Source: Terriglobia bacterium
GTDB lineage: Bacteria > Acidobacteriota > Polarisedimenticolia > Polarisedimenticolales > JAIQFR01
Assembly (NCBI GenBank): GCA_963748015.1
Contig: CAVVHE010000006.1
Coordinates: 119,032-183,031 of the forward strand
DNA length: 64,000 bases
Direction: 5' to 3'
In this document: piece after piece, positions 39,429-49,033 of the stretch
How positions within the stretch are numbered: the first letter of the stretch is position 1
Layout of the letters: every line of letters starts with the position of its first letter
The notes under the pieces: model-generated
Seen by the model: only the letters and a program-made list of their open reading frames with translations
Database searches by the model: none
Told to the model about the DNA's origin: nothing
Position numbers and translations under genes: made by a program

Positions 39429-40158
39429 CTACACGAGCCGGCGCAGAACGCTCGCGCCGACGCCCAGCCCGAGAAGCACGAGACCCGAAAGGCCGACAAG
39501 CGGCAGCGAGCTTCCGGTCTTGGGGAGCTTGGCGAGGCTCGGCCGGCGGCGGCGGGGGCGGGGGAGCAGGCGCCGCGACCGGAGCGGGTTTCGGCGGGGG
39601 AGGCGGCGGCGGGGGCTGCGCGACGAAGACCTTCAGGTCCTGGTCGGTGATGATCTCCGGCGGGTGTTTCGTCACGATCGTCGCGGTGAGGCGGTCGCCC
39701 GGCTTCAGCTTGCTGGGCTCGACCTCCTTGCCGCCCACCAGGACGACCACGTTCCTGGTCCTGAGCTCCTGGACGGTGAACTTCTTCAGCTCCTTCGTCT
39801 GGAGGTCCCGAACGACGACCACGCCGGCCGTGCTGTAGACGACCTCCGCCTCGCGCACGTCGGTGGTCGTCACGTCGATCGGCGTCTCGGTGGTGGTGAT
39901 CATCGCCGTGTACTTCATGCCCGGCTTCAGGTCGCGGACGGAGAGCTTCTGCCCGTTCATGTCGAACCGGTAGTTGTCCGGGACGACGAACTGCTTCACG
40001 CCCTGCGGCCCGCGAACGGTCACCACGTTGCCTTCCACCGCCAGCACTTCTCCGTTGCGAAGCTCCATTGTCGTGGTCTGGGCGCTCGCAGGAGTCACGA
40101 GGGCCGGGCTCGCCGCGGCGACCGTCAGCAGTAAAGCGATAAGGAACACACGTCTCAT
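39429..40158 (-). CDS. Secreted protein with a Pro-rich linker and a C-terminal LPKTG sorting-like signal; one frameshift near 39534
   Basis: Signal peptide, two OB-like repeats (LKPGM / LKPGD), poly-Pro; after removing one base it reads AKLPKTGSSLPLVGLSGLVLLGLGVGASVLRRLV* (stop 39429-39431). Confidence 0.78.
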
Positions 40159-40364
40159 CTTCGACCTCCTTCACTGGGCGTCTGCAACGCCCCGGACAAA
40201 CAAGAAACGCCGCCCGCTGTCCCGAGCGATTCTCAACCAAAACAGCCGCGCGGGCGCGCCGCTTCGTGGGCCATGGAGCGGAACAGTACGACGATAGACC
40301 CGTCGAGAAGGCCTGACAATAGGCTTTTCGTTCCCGGGGCCCATCGAGCTCTCTGTCGCGGCGC

Positions 40365-40382
40365 ACTAGTAAAACTACGAGT
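40365..40382. promoter_or_regulatory. Copy of the recurring palindrome in the divergent LPKTG-protein / OmpA intergenic region
   Basis: ACTAGTA-AAAC-TACGAGT; a weak plus-strand -10 candidate (CAGCAT) starts at 40405, the same 31.5-bp offset. Confidence 0.6.
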
Positions 40383-40610
40383 TGCAGGAACCGAGGGGAA
40401 CTGGCAGCATCCCGGCAGTGATTCGTTCGCGATGCCCACGGGTAGAAGCTGAGGTGTGCCCAAGAAACGCTCGGCGCGGTTCTCGCCGCGAAATGGCCGG
40501 GCGGCTCCGCCTCGTGGATACCGCGAAGAAGTCGAAGTGCCTCGTCCGGGTGAATCGGCCCCCCCCGGGCTGCCTGCAAGTCACATAAATGGGCCTGGAG
40601 GGAATCCGAC

Positions 40611-42011
40611 ATGAGATTCAGGACGATTGCGGGAATCGTTTCCATCGTGGTGACCGTGCTGTTGCTTGCGACCACCTCGGCGCCGGCGGCGGACTTGACG
40701 CTCAACGCCGTGCTCTATCCGGACGGCCAGAAGGCCGACGTCACGTTCCAGACGACGGATCGCGCGCCGAAGGCGAAGCTCACCGGCACGGTGCGTTCGC
40801 AGCAGGGCCAGTCGCAGATCGAGGTCTCCTGGAGCAAGCTCGAGCCGGCGCTGCTCTTCGGCGGCGACATCAACTGCTGGGTCCTCTGGACCATCACCCC
40901 CGACGGGACGGCCCAAGCGCTCGGCGAGCTTCCCGTGCGGGACGACCGGAGCGGGGATGCCAAGTTCTCGACGCCGTTCAAGCAGTTCGCCCTGGTCGTC
41001 ACGGCGGAGCCTCTCCCCGTCGTCCGGCGGGTCTCGGAGCTCGTCGCGTTCGTCTCGTTGCCCTCGAAGGAGAAGCTCGCGAAGAACTCCACCTTCGCCT
41101 TCGGCGCTTTCCGTACGGGCACGAAGCGCGACAACGAGTCCATCGCCGGCCTCGAGTACAAGGACAAGATCCCGGTGGAGCTCCAGCAAGCCCGGAAGGC
41201 GATCGCGCTGATGGACCGCTACGAGGCGGAGAAGTACGCGCAGCAGGCGGCACGGGACGCGCGGGTCGCCTTGGGACAGGCCGAAGACGCCTACTCGGGC
41301 CGGGTGGGGAAGAGCAAGGACGTGCCGGAGCTTTCCCTCCGCACCCTCGCCCTCGCATCGGAGGCCGTGCGGGTGGCGCTGAAGCAGATCGACGCGCAGA
41401 AGGTGAAGGATGCCGAGGCCAAGCAGCTCGCCGCGCTGGCCGAGAAGCAGGCCGAGACCGAGGCGGAAAAAGCGGCGCGCATGAAGACCGAGGCGGACCT
41501 CGCGTCGGTTCAGGCGCAGCAGCAGGCCCTGAAGATCGAGATGGCGCGGATCGCGGCGGATCGCGAGCAGATCCGGCAGGAACGGGACGCTCTCGCGAAG
41601 CGGCTGTCCGGCGCCCTTGGCACGGTGTCGGCCACCGAGCGCACGGCTCGGGGGCTCGTGGTGAGCCTCTCGGGGGGTATCCTCTTCGAGACGGGGAAGT
41701 CGGACCTCAAGGCCGGCGCCAAGATCTCCCTCGCCAAGCTCTCCGGGATCCTGCTCATGATCCCGACCGCGAACATCCAGGTCGAGGGGCACACCGACTC
41801 GACGGGAACCGAGGCGACGAACGTCAAGCTGTCCCAGGATCGGGCGTCGTCGGTGATGGACTTCATGAAGGCGCAGGGTGTCGACGGGACGCGGATGACG
41901 GCCAAGGGGCTCGCCGCGGCCCAACCCGTGGCGTCGAACGACACCCCCGACGGGCGGGCCAAGAACCGCCGCGTCGAGATCGTCGTTCCCGAGGATAACG
42001 CGGCGAAGTGA
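40611..42011 (+). CDS. OmpA-family peptidoglycan-binding protein with an N-terminal beta domain and coiled coil
   Basis: Signal peptide; RGLVVSL, ILFETGKSDL, VEGHTDSTG, LSQDRA, GRAKNRRVEI. Confidence 0.9.
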   Translation: MRFRTIAGIVSIVVTVLLLATTSAPAADLTLNAVLYPDGQKADVTFQTTDRAPKAKLTGTVRSQQGQSQIEVSWSKLEPALLFGGDINCWVLWTITPDGTAQALGELPVRDDRSGDAKFSTPFKQFALVVTAEPLPVVRRVSELVAFVSLPSKEKLAKNSTFAFGAFRTGTKRDNESIAGLEYKDKIPVELQQARKAIALMDRYEAEKYAQQAARDARVALGQAEDAYSGRVGKSKDVPELSLRTLALASEAVRVALKQIDAQKVKDAEAKQLAALAEKQAETEAEKAARMKTEADLASVQAQQQALKIEMARIAADREQIRQERDALAKRLSGALGTVSATERTARGLVVSLSGGILFETGKSDLKAGAKISLAKLSGILLMIPTANIQVEGHTDSTGTEATNVKLSQDRASSVMDFMKAQGVDGTRMTAKGLAAAQPVASNDTPDGRAKNRRVEIVVPEDNAAK

Positions 42012-42055
42012 GGGGTTACGCTTCCGGCTCTTCCTGAGCGGGAAAAGAGTCGAAA

Positions 42056-42090
42056 TGGACCGGCCGGTTGGCCGCCAGCCGGCCGGTCCA
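42056..42090. terminator. Hairpin between the convergent OmpA-family and glutaminase genes
   Basis: TGGACCGGCCGGTTGG / CCAGCCGGCCGGTCCA 16-bp stem with one G-U pair. Confidence 0.6.
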
Positions 42091-42103
42091 CTCGTTCGTT
42101 ACA

Positions 42104-43117
42104 CTAGCGGGGCGTGACGGCGTAAGGGTTCGCGCCCAGCTTCTCGTCCACGAACTGGATCGCCTTCTGCGCCTTGACGCTGTTGCCCGCGGCGTCGAGC
42201 GGGGGCGAGATCACAGCGATCCCGAACTTCCCCGGCGAGACGGCGAGAATACCGCCGCCGACGCCGCTCTTCCCCGGCAGCCCCGTCTTGTAGAGCCATT
42301 TGCCGGAATCGTCGTAGAGGCCCGCGGTCGCCATGACGGCCAGGACCTCGGGGACGTTCTCGTTCTTCATGACCTGCTTGCCGGTCACCGGGTTCTTCCC
42401 GCCGTTCGCGAGCGTGGCCGCCATCGTGGCGAGGTCCTTCGCGTTCACGCTGATGGCGCACTGCTCGGTGTAGATGTCGGTGGCCTGCAGCGGCTTGTCC
42501 TTGATGTGGCCGTAGGCGTACATGAGCATCGAGATCGCCTGGTTGCGCTGGTTCGTGTCGGCCTCGGACTTGAAGACCTCCTGGTTGACCGACAGCGGCC
42601 GCCCCGCGAACTCCCCGTGCCAGGCCAGGATCTTCTTCCAGATCTCGTCGCGGCTCGCGCCCTTGACCATGCTCGTCGTGGTGATGGCGCCGGGGTTCAC
42701 CATCGCGTTCATCTCCGCGCCCTTGTACTGCTCGACCGCCACGATCGAGTTGAAGACCTGCCCGGTCGCGTCGACGCCCATGTTGTTGTAGATCGCGTCG
42801 GTGCCCTGCTCCTCCATCACCAGCGCCATCGTGAAGACCTTCGAGATCGACTGGATGGACACCTCGGACTTGACATCGCCTGTGGTGTAGATCTTCCCGT
42901 CCACCGTCACGAGCGCGATGCCGAAGATCTTGGAGTCCACCTTGGCGAGCGCTGGGATGTAGTCGGCGTTCTTGCCTTCCTGGAGCCCGACGTACTTGTC
43001 GTACGCCGCCTTGAGCGCGGCATCGATGTCGGCCTTCGCCGGCGCCTGCGCGTACGCGGCCATCGTGGCGGCACACGCGATCAGGACGAGCGCTGCGATC
43101 AGGAATCGGTTCCGCAT
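42104..43117 (-). CDS. glsA: Glutaminase A with an N-terminal signal peptide
   Basis: GKNADYIPALA, SIQSISK (catalytic SxxK), FNSI, NAMVNPGAI, GLYDDSG, PGKSGVGGG, GNSV. Confidence 0.93.
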   Translation of the reverse strand: MRNRFLIAALVLIACAATMAAYAQAPAKADIDAALKAAYDKYVGLQEGKNADYIPALAKVDSKIFGIALVTVDGKIYTTGDVKSEVSIQSISKVFTMALVMEEQGTDAIYNNMGVDATGQVFNSIVAVEQYKGAEMNAMVNPGAITTTSMVKGASRDEIWKKILAWHGEFAGRPLSVNQEVFKSEADTNQRNQAISMLMYAYGHIKDKPLQATDIYTEQCAISVNAKDLATMAATLANGGKNPVTGKQVMKNENVPEVLAVMATAGLYDDSGKWLYKTGLPGKSGVGGGILAVSPGKFGIAVISPPLDAAGNSVKAQKAIQFVDEKLGANPYAVTPR

Positions 43118-43123
43118 GACGGG

Positions 43124-44323
43124 CTATCCTCCGAACTTCATCGAGAAGTTGTACTTGAACGAGACCTGCAGGCGGTAGTCGTCCACCGTCCAGCCGTCCG
43201 AGTTGTTCTGGCGCTGGCCCCACTGGAACTCCGCCCCGTACATGACGCCCGGGACCGGAGTGCGGAGGAGGTTGACGAGCGCATACTGCCCCTTCTTGAA
43301 CGCGCTCGACGACTGTCCGTCGCTGTTGTCGATGTCCACCATCGAGTAGCCGATGCTGGTGCTCAACTTGCTGCTCCACGAGTGGTCGAGGAAGGCCACG
43401 ATGCCGAGGATCGGCAGCGGCTCGCCGGGGTCGGTCGGATCCTCCGTGATCCCGACGTCCACGGTGGCGTCGTTCATGTAGTTCTCGATCCCCTCGCCGT
43501 AGACGACCGACGCCCGGAGGACGTCATCCGAGAACTTGAAGTTCGTGCTCAGGTTCACGCCCCAGCCGAGCGCATCTCCCGATAGGTCGTAAACTCCCGG
43601 GTCCATGTCGTCCCACTTGATCTCGCGGAGAATGCCGGCCGCCTGGACGTGCCCCCACTTCCTCGTCATCCGGTAGTGCGCGGAGAGGTCCGGGAGCGGG
43701 TAGCGGCCCTTGACCCGGCCGGGTTCGATGATATCGCTGTAGTTCCCGGCGTCACCGGAGGCGCCCGGCCGCTCTAGGGCCACGAACAGCTCGTCCTCGC
43801 CCTGCATGGGCATCCAGCGGATCTGGACGTTCCGGAAGAAGACCATGCCGCTCGGCCCCCAGTACTCGATCGAGTTCGGGAACACGTCGATGTCCATGAA
43901 CGGGCTCCAGGACTGGCCCGCGCCCCAGTGTCCCAGCTCTCCCCAGGCGTGCCGCAAGCGGATCGTCGTCTGCCCCGCGTCCGCGCCGACCCCGAACATC
44001 TCGAACTCGAAGATGGTCTTCAGCTCGCCGAGGGCCGTGGGGAAGTACCCCTTCACGCCGAGCCGGCTCTGGCGCACGCCGGCGTAGGTGTTTCCGTCCT
44101 TGCCCCACTGGTCCTTGTACTCAGGGAGCTTCGTCGGCCGCACCACGTCGAACCAGTCCGGGTCCGTCTGCTTGAAGTCGTACCCCATGTCCAGCATCGC
44201 GAAGCCGTAGAGCTCCACCTTCGGTTTTTCCTGCGCGAACGCAGGGATTGCCAGGACGGCGAGAACCGCCACCGCGACGACCGCGAGCGCGCCCGCCCGG
44301 CGTCTTACGATTCCACTCCGCAT
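43124..44323 (-). CDS. DcaP-family trimeric outer-membrane porin
   Basis: Signal peptide; RQSRLG, RLRHAWG, GQSWSPFMD, QIRW, ALERPG; C-terminal KYNF. Confidence 0.85.
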   Translation of the reverse strand: MRSGIVRRRAGALAVVAVAVLAVLAIPAFAQEKPKVELYGFAMLDMGYDFKQTDPDWFDVVRPTKLPEYKDQWGKDGNTYAGVRQSRLGVKGYFPTALGELKTIFEFEMFGVGADAGQTTIRLRHAWGELGHWGAGQSWSPFMDIDVFPNSIEYWGPSGMVFFRNVQIRWMPMQGEDELFVALERPGASGDAGNYSDIIEPGRVKGRYPLPDLSAHYRMTRKWGHVQAAGILREIKWDDMDPGVYDLSGDALGWGVNLSTNFKFSDDVLRASVVYGEGIENYMNDATVDVGITEDPTDPGEPLPILGIVAFLDHSWSSKLSTSIGYSMVDIDNSDGQSSSAFKKGQYALVNLLRTPVPGVMYGAEFQWGQRQNNSDGWTVDDYRLQVSFKYNFSMKFGG

Positions 44324-44339
44324 CTTGCCTCCTCCTTTG

Positions 44340-45422
44340 CTATCGGACGTTGGCTTTTTCCCAGGCCCGCACACGGCGGCGCGCCTCGTCGAACAGACGT
44401 TCGTAGTTTCCCTTCAGCAGCTTCTCCCTGGCCTCGGGGGTCAGCCTGGCCAGCAGGGGAGCGTACATGTCGTAGACCTTCAGGTATTTCTTCTGATCGG
44501 ACGGGGCCACCTCGTCCGTACCGAAGAGAAATCGGTCGGGGTGGCGGTTGATCACGTCGGCCGTGGCCTGGGTCGCCTCGGGGCTCGACACCACGTACTT
44601 CGCGACCTCGTCCCACGAGATGTCGAAGTAGACGTGCGCGAGCTCCGGATTGTTGATCGCCCGCTCGATGATCCCGAGCTGGTCGTGAATGGGGTGGACG
44701 ATGCGGCCGAGACCGATGTGCGCCCAGATGGTCGTGGTTCGCGGGTGCCGCTTGAAGAGGTCCCGGAGCTGATAAACCTGGTAGGGCTCTTGTCCCGGCT
44801 TCGGGAACGGGGTGTCGATGTCGCTGTGGAGGAGCACGACGAGCCCCGCCTCCGCGGCGAAATCGAAGATCCGGTCCAGCGCGGGGTTCGTGAGGCTCGC
44901 CGTCTCCCCCGCGATCTTGGCCGACACGAACTCCTTGTGGATCGTGAACTCGCCGATCCCCGAAAACACTCCGGGAAACGTCGTCAGCACGCGCTTGATG
45001 TGGTCCACCGCGTACATGTCCGCCGGGTTGAACCCCGTGATCATCGGGTCGAATCGGGCCTGCTCCTCCTTCGTGAGGGACCTATACGCCATCGCGATGA
45101 AGGCGTCGGTGAAGGAGTAGTAGTAGAGCGGCGCGTCGGTCTGCAGGTAGTAGGTCGGGGCGAAGTCGCCGGTGTTCCCGTACGACCAGGTCTGCTGCAG
45201 CGGCAGGCCGAACAGCGTGGACCGGCCGACCTTGTCCCCCATGATCTTCAGGAACTCGCGGATGTCCGTGCCCTGCTGGACGTAGTTCGTCAAATGGAGG
45301 TGCGCGTCGTTCACGACGTAACCGTCCGCGCCGGCCGCAACGGCGGCCGAGCGCCCGGCGGCGAGCACGAGCCCGACCGAGATGACGGCGACGCAGATCC
45401 ACCGGTTCCGGACGTGTCTCAT
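44340..45422 (-). CDS. Secreted amidohydrolase-family (TIM-barrel) protein
   Basis: Signal peptide; DAHLH, GIGEF, LLHSD, IWAH, YFDISW, RFLFGTD. Confidence 0.85.
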   Translation of the reverse strand: MRHVRNRWICVAVISVGLVLAAGRSAAVAAGADGYVVNDAHLHLTNYVQQGTDIREFLKIMGDKVGRSTLFGLPLQQTWSYGNTGDFAPTYYLQTDAPLYYYSFTDAFIAMAYRSLTKEEQARFDPMITGFNPADMYAVDHIKRVLTTFPGVFSGIGEFTIHKEFVSAKIAGETASLTNPALDRIFDFAAEAGLVVLLHSDIDTPFPKPGQEPYQVYQLRDLFKRHPRTTTIWAHIGLGRIVHPIHDQLGIIERAINNPELAHVYFDISWDEVAKYVVSSPEATQATADVINRHPDRFLFGTDEVAPSDQKKYLKVYDMYAPLLARLTPEAREKLLKGNYERLFDEARRRVRAWEKANVR

Positions 45423-45438
45423 GATCCGACTCCTTCCG

Positions 45439-46995
45439 TCAGAACAGAATCGACGTGGCCACCGAAACCGTCGGCCCCTTCTGCCCGCCCACGTAGAAGC
45501 CGAACGTGCTGCTGGCCGGGGAGCGGTCCACGCGCATGAACTGCAGGTTCGACCGAATGTTTCGGGAGTCGAACCAGAAGTAGTTCATGCCCAGGAGGTA
45601 CTCGTGGCTCGTCTTGAACCCGGCGCTCTCGTCGCCAAACACCCACGACGTCGCGCCGTACACCTCGAGCTTCTTCTTGATCGGGTAGCCGGCGGCCTGC
45701 ACGTAGAAGCCGGTGTCGACGATCTCCGTGACCGGAATCGGCCCGTCCGCCTTGAAGCCGTTGAGCCACCGCTTGTACATCTCGACCTGGACGAAGATAC
45801 CGCGGTACTTCACGCCGGCGTCCACCGACAGGAGGCGAACGTCGGCCTCTTGCACGGTGAAGCCCGTGGCCAGCGAGCCCGTGTCGAAGAGGTTGAGGCT
45901 GTCGGCGATCTTCACCTGGGTGTTCTCGGGCGTGCCGTCCGCCTGTTCTTGCCGGTCCTCCCCGCTCCTGGCCACCGAGAATCCGAACCGCGTCGCCACC
46001 TTCTCGTGGTACTCCCAGTCGTCGTACGCGCCGTTCGGGCCGAACTCGTGCGTCGTCGGCATCCACCACATCGACCCGCCGGTGGCGAGGCTCCTGTTGA
46101 GCTGCTTGGCGGTGATGCCGAGATTGCTCAGGTTGTTGCCGACGGCGAGCTGGTACCAGAGGCCCGGCGCCACCTCGCCGTTGGCCCAGATGCCGTTGGT
46201 GAACGCGCCCCGGAAGAACTCGTCGGCCATGACGCGGTCGTTGGCCAGCCAGAACGGGTGGGATCCGTACAGCGAGCGGCTTCCCCCGATCCCGTTCGTG
46301 CCGCCGTAGAGGTTGAAGTACTTGTTGAACTGGTAACCGAAGAAGCCGTACAGGGTCGTCTGGTCGGTCGACTGGACGGTCCAGATGGTGATCTGGTAGC
46401 GGAACTTCGGCGAGCCGAGCCACCCTCGGAAATGGACCATCGCACGGTGAAACTGGATGTCCCTGCGGGTGTCGATGGGGCGCACGCCCCCGAGGTGATC
46501 GGTGAACTCCTGTGTGGCCGGCATCTGGTTGATGTACCGCACGAGCGCGTAGCCGCCGATCTTCAACTCGCCGGCGCTCGTCCGGCCGACCAGGAAGCCC
46601 GAGCCGCTGGCGTCGAACACCCCATAGCTCGACCGTTCGGGCTCGTCCGGTCCCGCGTTGGGTCCACCGATGAACTTCTCCTTCGCGCTCGCGGGCTCCG
46701 GGGGCGTGCCAGCCGCCTGCCCCAGCACGAACTCGCCGCCGCACCCATCCGAGACCCAGATGCCCTTGTCGTCGTAGCCCCACGTCTTGCCCAGGAGGCA
46801 CGGCGCGGCTCCCGCGGCAGCGACGAGCGCGACGCCTGCCGACGTGTTGGCGGGGCAGTGATTGCGGCTGCCCGCGTCGGAGGAGCAGGTGATCTTCGAG
46901 CCGGGAGAGGCCGGCGGGGCGGCGAGTGCCGGCAGGAAACCGGCGCCCGCGAAGACTAGGATCAAGACCGTCAGGCCCTTCGAATACCCCGTCAC
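45439..46995 (-). CDS. Outer-membrane porin-like protein with an N-terminal Cys-rich DUF3011-like domain
   Basis: GGAGG + GTG 46995; CSS...NHC...CLLGKTWGYDDKGIWVSDGCGGEF; long beta-strand-rich region ending in Phe. Confidence 0.75.
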   Translation of the reverse strand: MTGYSKGLTVLILVFAGAGFLPALAAPPASPGSKITCSSDAGSRNHCPANTSAGVALVAAAGAAPCLLGKTWGYDDKGIWVSDGCGGEFVLGQAAGTPPEPASAKEKFIGGPNAGPDEPERSSYGVFDASGSGFLVGRTSAGELKIGGYALVRYINQMPATQEFTDHLGGVRPIDTRRDIQFHRAMVHFRGWLGSPKFRYQITIWTVQSTDQTTLYGFFGYQFNKYFNLYGGTNGIGGSRSLYGSHPFWLANDRVMADEFFRGAFTNGIWANGEVAPGLWYQLAVGNNLSNLGITAKQLNRSLATGGSMWWMPTTHEFGPNGAYDDWEYHEKVATRFGFSVARSGEDRQEQADGTPENTQVKIADSLNLFDTGSLATGFTVQEADVRLLSVDAGVKYRGIFVQVEMYKRWLNGFKADGPIPVTEIVDTGFYVQAAGYPIKKKLEVYGATSWVFGDESAGFKTSHEYLLGMNYFWFDSRNIRSNLQFMRVDRSPASSTFGFYVGGQKGPTVSVATSILF

Positions 46996-47126
46996 GGATC
47001 TTCCTCCGTAGTTAGCGCCGCTCCGCGAGGAAAGGACAGCAAACCCCCGCGCGGACCGCGTCGGCGATCGGCCGGGAGCGCGCACCTCGCATTCGTTTCG
47101 GTTATCGTGGCCCCCAACCTCCGCGG

Positions 47127-47172
47127 ATCATAGCGCGGGTCGGCGGTGCAGGGACCTCGTAAAACTACCAGC
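47127..47172 (-). promoter_or_regulatory. Putative activator-dependent promoter of the porin-amidohydrolase-DcaP-glutaminase operon
   Basis: Palindrome CCTCGTA-AAAC-TACCAGC at 47155-47172; -10 TATGAT at 47132-47127. Confidence 0.68.
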
Positions 47173-47224
47173 ACCGCTTGGGACGGACTATTTGCGGAGA
47201 CGGGAAAGCGGTTCGGCGCTCCCG

Positions 47225-48826
47225 TCAGAACCTGAAGATTCCCACGACCTGGATCTGGTCGGACTCCCCGCGCTCGCCGTTCTTGTTCTCCCGCGTCCCG
47301 AATACGTACTCGCCTCCAACGTCGATCCGGTTCGTCGGGGAGAAGACGAGATTGACCGAGAGGCGATTGGTCGTCCGGTATGCGTCGTCCGGCTGGAAGG
47401 CGAGGTTGTCCACGGTGACGAAGCTCCAGATGAGCGACGAGCGGAGCTTCATGTCGCGTCCCAGCTTCCACCCCTTCCACTGGTGCTCGTAGTCCACGTA
47501 CCAGCCGGCGGCGGGAATCGTATAGAGGCGGCCGGTGTCGTCGAACGCTGCGTCCTGCCCGCCGAGCGAGTTGAGATCGTTGATGTAGCGCGCGTTCCCT
47601 TTTCCGAACGTCAGCTGGAAAATGAACCGGTCCGTCAGGTCGAAGTAGCGGAACGGCAGGACGCCGCTAACACTCGCCCCCCACGCGAAGGCCGATTGCA
47701 CGGCCCCCGGCGCCTCGGTCCACTCGCCGCGGATCTGGCGGAGGACGACGGCTCCCTGCAGGTGCCCGATCTCCTTGAAGCTCCAGACGGAGCGGCCGAT
47801 CAGGTCCGGGATCAGGTTCACCCCCTGCCCCCCGCTCAGGGAGACCTGCGGGGTTTCCGCGGCCGCCGCCACGCTGAGGTCGTCGTGCACCTGCCACGTG
47901 TAGCGGAACTGCGGCTGCCGGATCACGTTCTCGCCGTTGATCCCCTCGAAGTCCAGGTCCTGGTGGTCCGCGGACGGGTCCGAGAACGTGGACCACGTCT
48001 GGCCCATGAGCATCCCCTTGAACTGCGCGTACGCGTGACGGAGCCGGAACGCCGTCCGACTCTCCGAGGTCGCCCCGGTCGCGCCGTAGAAATCCCCCTC
48101 GAGGAACGCGCGCATCTGGCCGACGCCGGTCGGCGTGCGCATCTCGAAGTTCAGGCGGCTCGTGTTCGCGGAGAACGTGGTGCGCTTCCCCTTGCCCGCG
48201 GCCGCGTCCTCTGCGGTCACCGGGATCGAGTTGGTCAGGAACCGGTCCTCGGAGCCCAGGGGACCGAGGGTGAAGACAGCCGCCGTCCGGATACGGCCGC
48301 CGAACTTGATGGCGGCGTCGGTGCCCGGGACCCGCATCGAGCCGGGGAACTCCCCAGCGGACACCACGGTCGGAGGAAGCTCCGGCGGCTTCTGGGCCTC
48401 CGCCTCGATGCGCGCGAGACGCTTGGCAAGCTCCTCCTGCTCCTGTAGGCCGGGGACCTGCTGCGCGAGCTCGTCGAGGCGGCGGGTCAGCTCGGCGAGC
48501 TTCTGCTCCATGTCCGCCAGCTTCGTCTTCTGCTCATCGATGACGAGGGCCTGCTCGCCGATCTTCGAATCCTGCTCGGCGATCTTCGCCTGCTGCTCGG
48601 CGACGAGCGTCCGCTGCGCCTCGACAAGAGCCCGCTGCTCCTCGAGCAGGCGCGCCAGCTCGGCGACGGTCGGCTTCTTCTTGGCGGGGGGCTTCGCGGC
48701 CTGCTTCGGAGGGGTCTTCGGCGGGTTTTCCGCCGCGGGCGCCGCGAGGGAGATCGTGAAGGACGCGACGAGCGCGCCTAACGCAAGGCCGATCCGGGCG
48801 AATCGCTTCGAGAGGCTCCGTTCCAC
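47225..48826 (-). CDS. DcaP-family porin with an N-terminal coiled coil
   Basis: Signal peptide, heptad-rich region, FPGSMRVPGT, SRLNFE, FLEGDF, RLRHAYAQ, GQTWSTFSD, RQPQFRY; terminal Phe. Confidence 0.87.
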   Translation of the reverse strand: MERSLSKRFARIGLALGALVASFTISLAAPAAENPPKTPPKQAAKPPAKKKPTVAELARLLEEQRALVEAQRTLVAEQQAKIAEQDSKIGEQALVIDEQKTKLADMEQKLAELTRRLDELAQQVPGLQEQEELAKRLARIEAEAQKPPELPPTVVSAGEFPGSMRVPGTDAAIKFGGRIRTAAVFTLGPLGSEDRFLTNSIPVTAEDAAAGKGKRTTFSANTSRLNFEMRTPTGVGQMRAFLEGDFYGATGATSESRTAFRLRHAYAQFKGMLMGQTWSTFSDPSADHQDLDFEGINGENVIRQPQFRYTWQVHDDLSVAAAAETPQVSLSGGQGVNLIPDLIGRSVWSFKEIGHLQGAVVLRQIRGEWTEAPGAVQSAFAWGASVSGVLPFRYFDLTDRFIFQLTFGKGNARYINDLNSLGGQDAAFDDTGRLYTIPAAGWYVDYEHQWKGWKLGRDMKLRSSLIWSFVTVDNLAFQPDDAYRTTNRLSVNLVFSPTNRIDVGGEYVFGTRENKNGERGESDQIQVVGIFRF

Positions 48827-49033
48827 CGGGCTTCCTCCAGTCTATCGGGGGAGGATCATACCTTCGTCTTTCCCTTTCCTTGTCTCCCTTTTTCGTCCGG
48901 ATTCCGCCGGCGACAGGGCGGCGGTCCGATCGGTTCCGAGCTTTGGAGCCGGGATGGTTGTGTGTCATCATGTCGCTTTCCGCCGCGTCGGACCGACAGT
49001 GCTCGCGCGGCTTTCGAGACAGGAGGGATTCCC

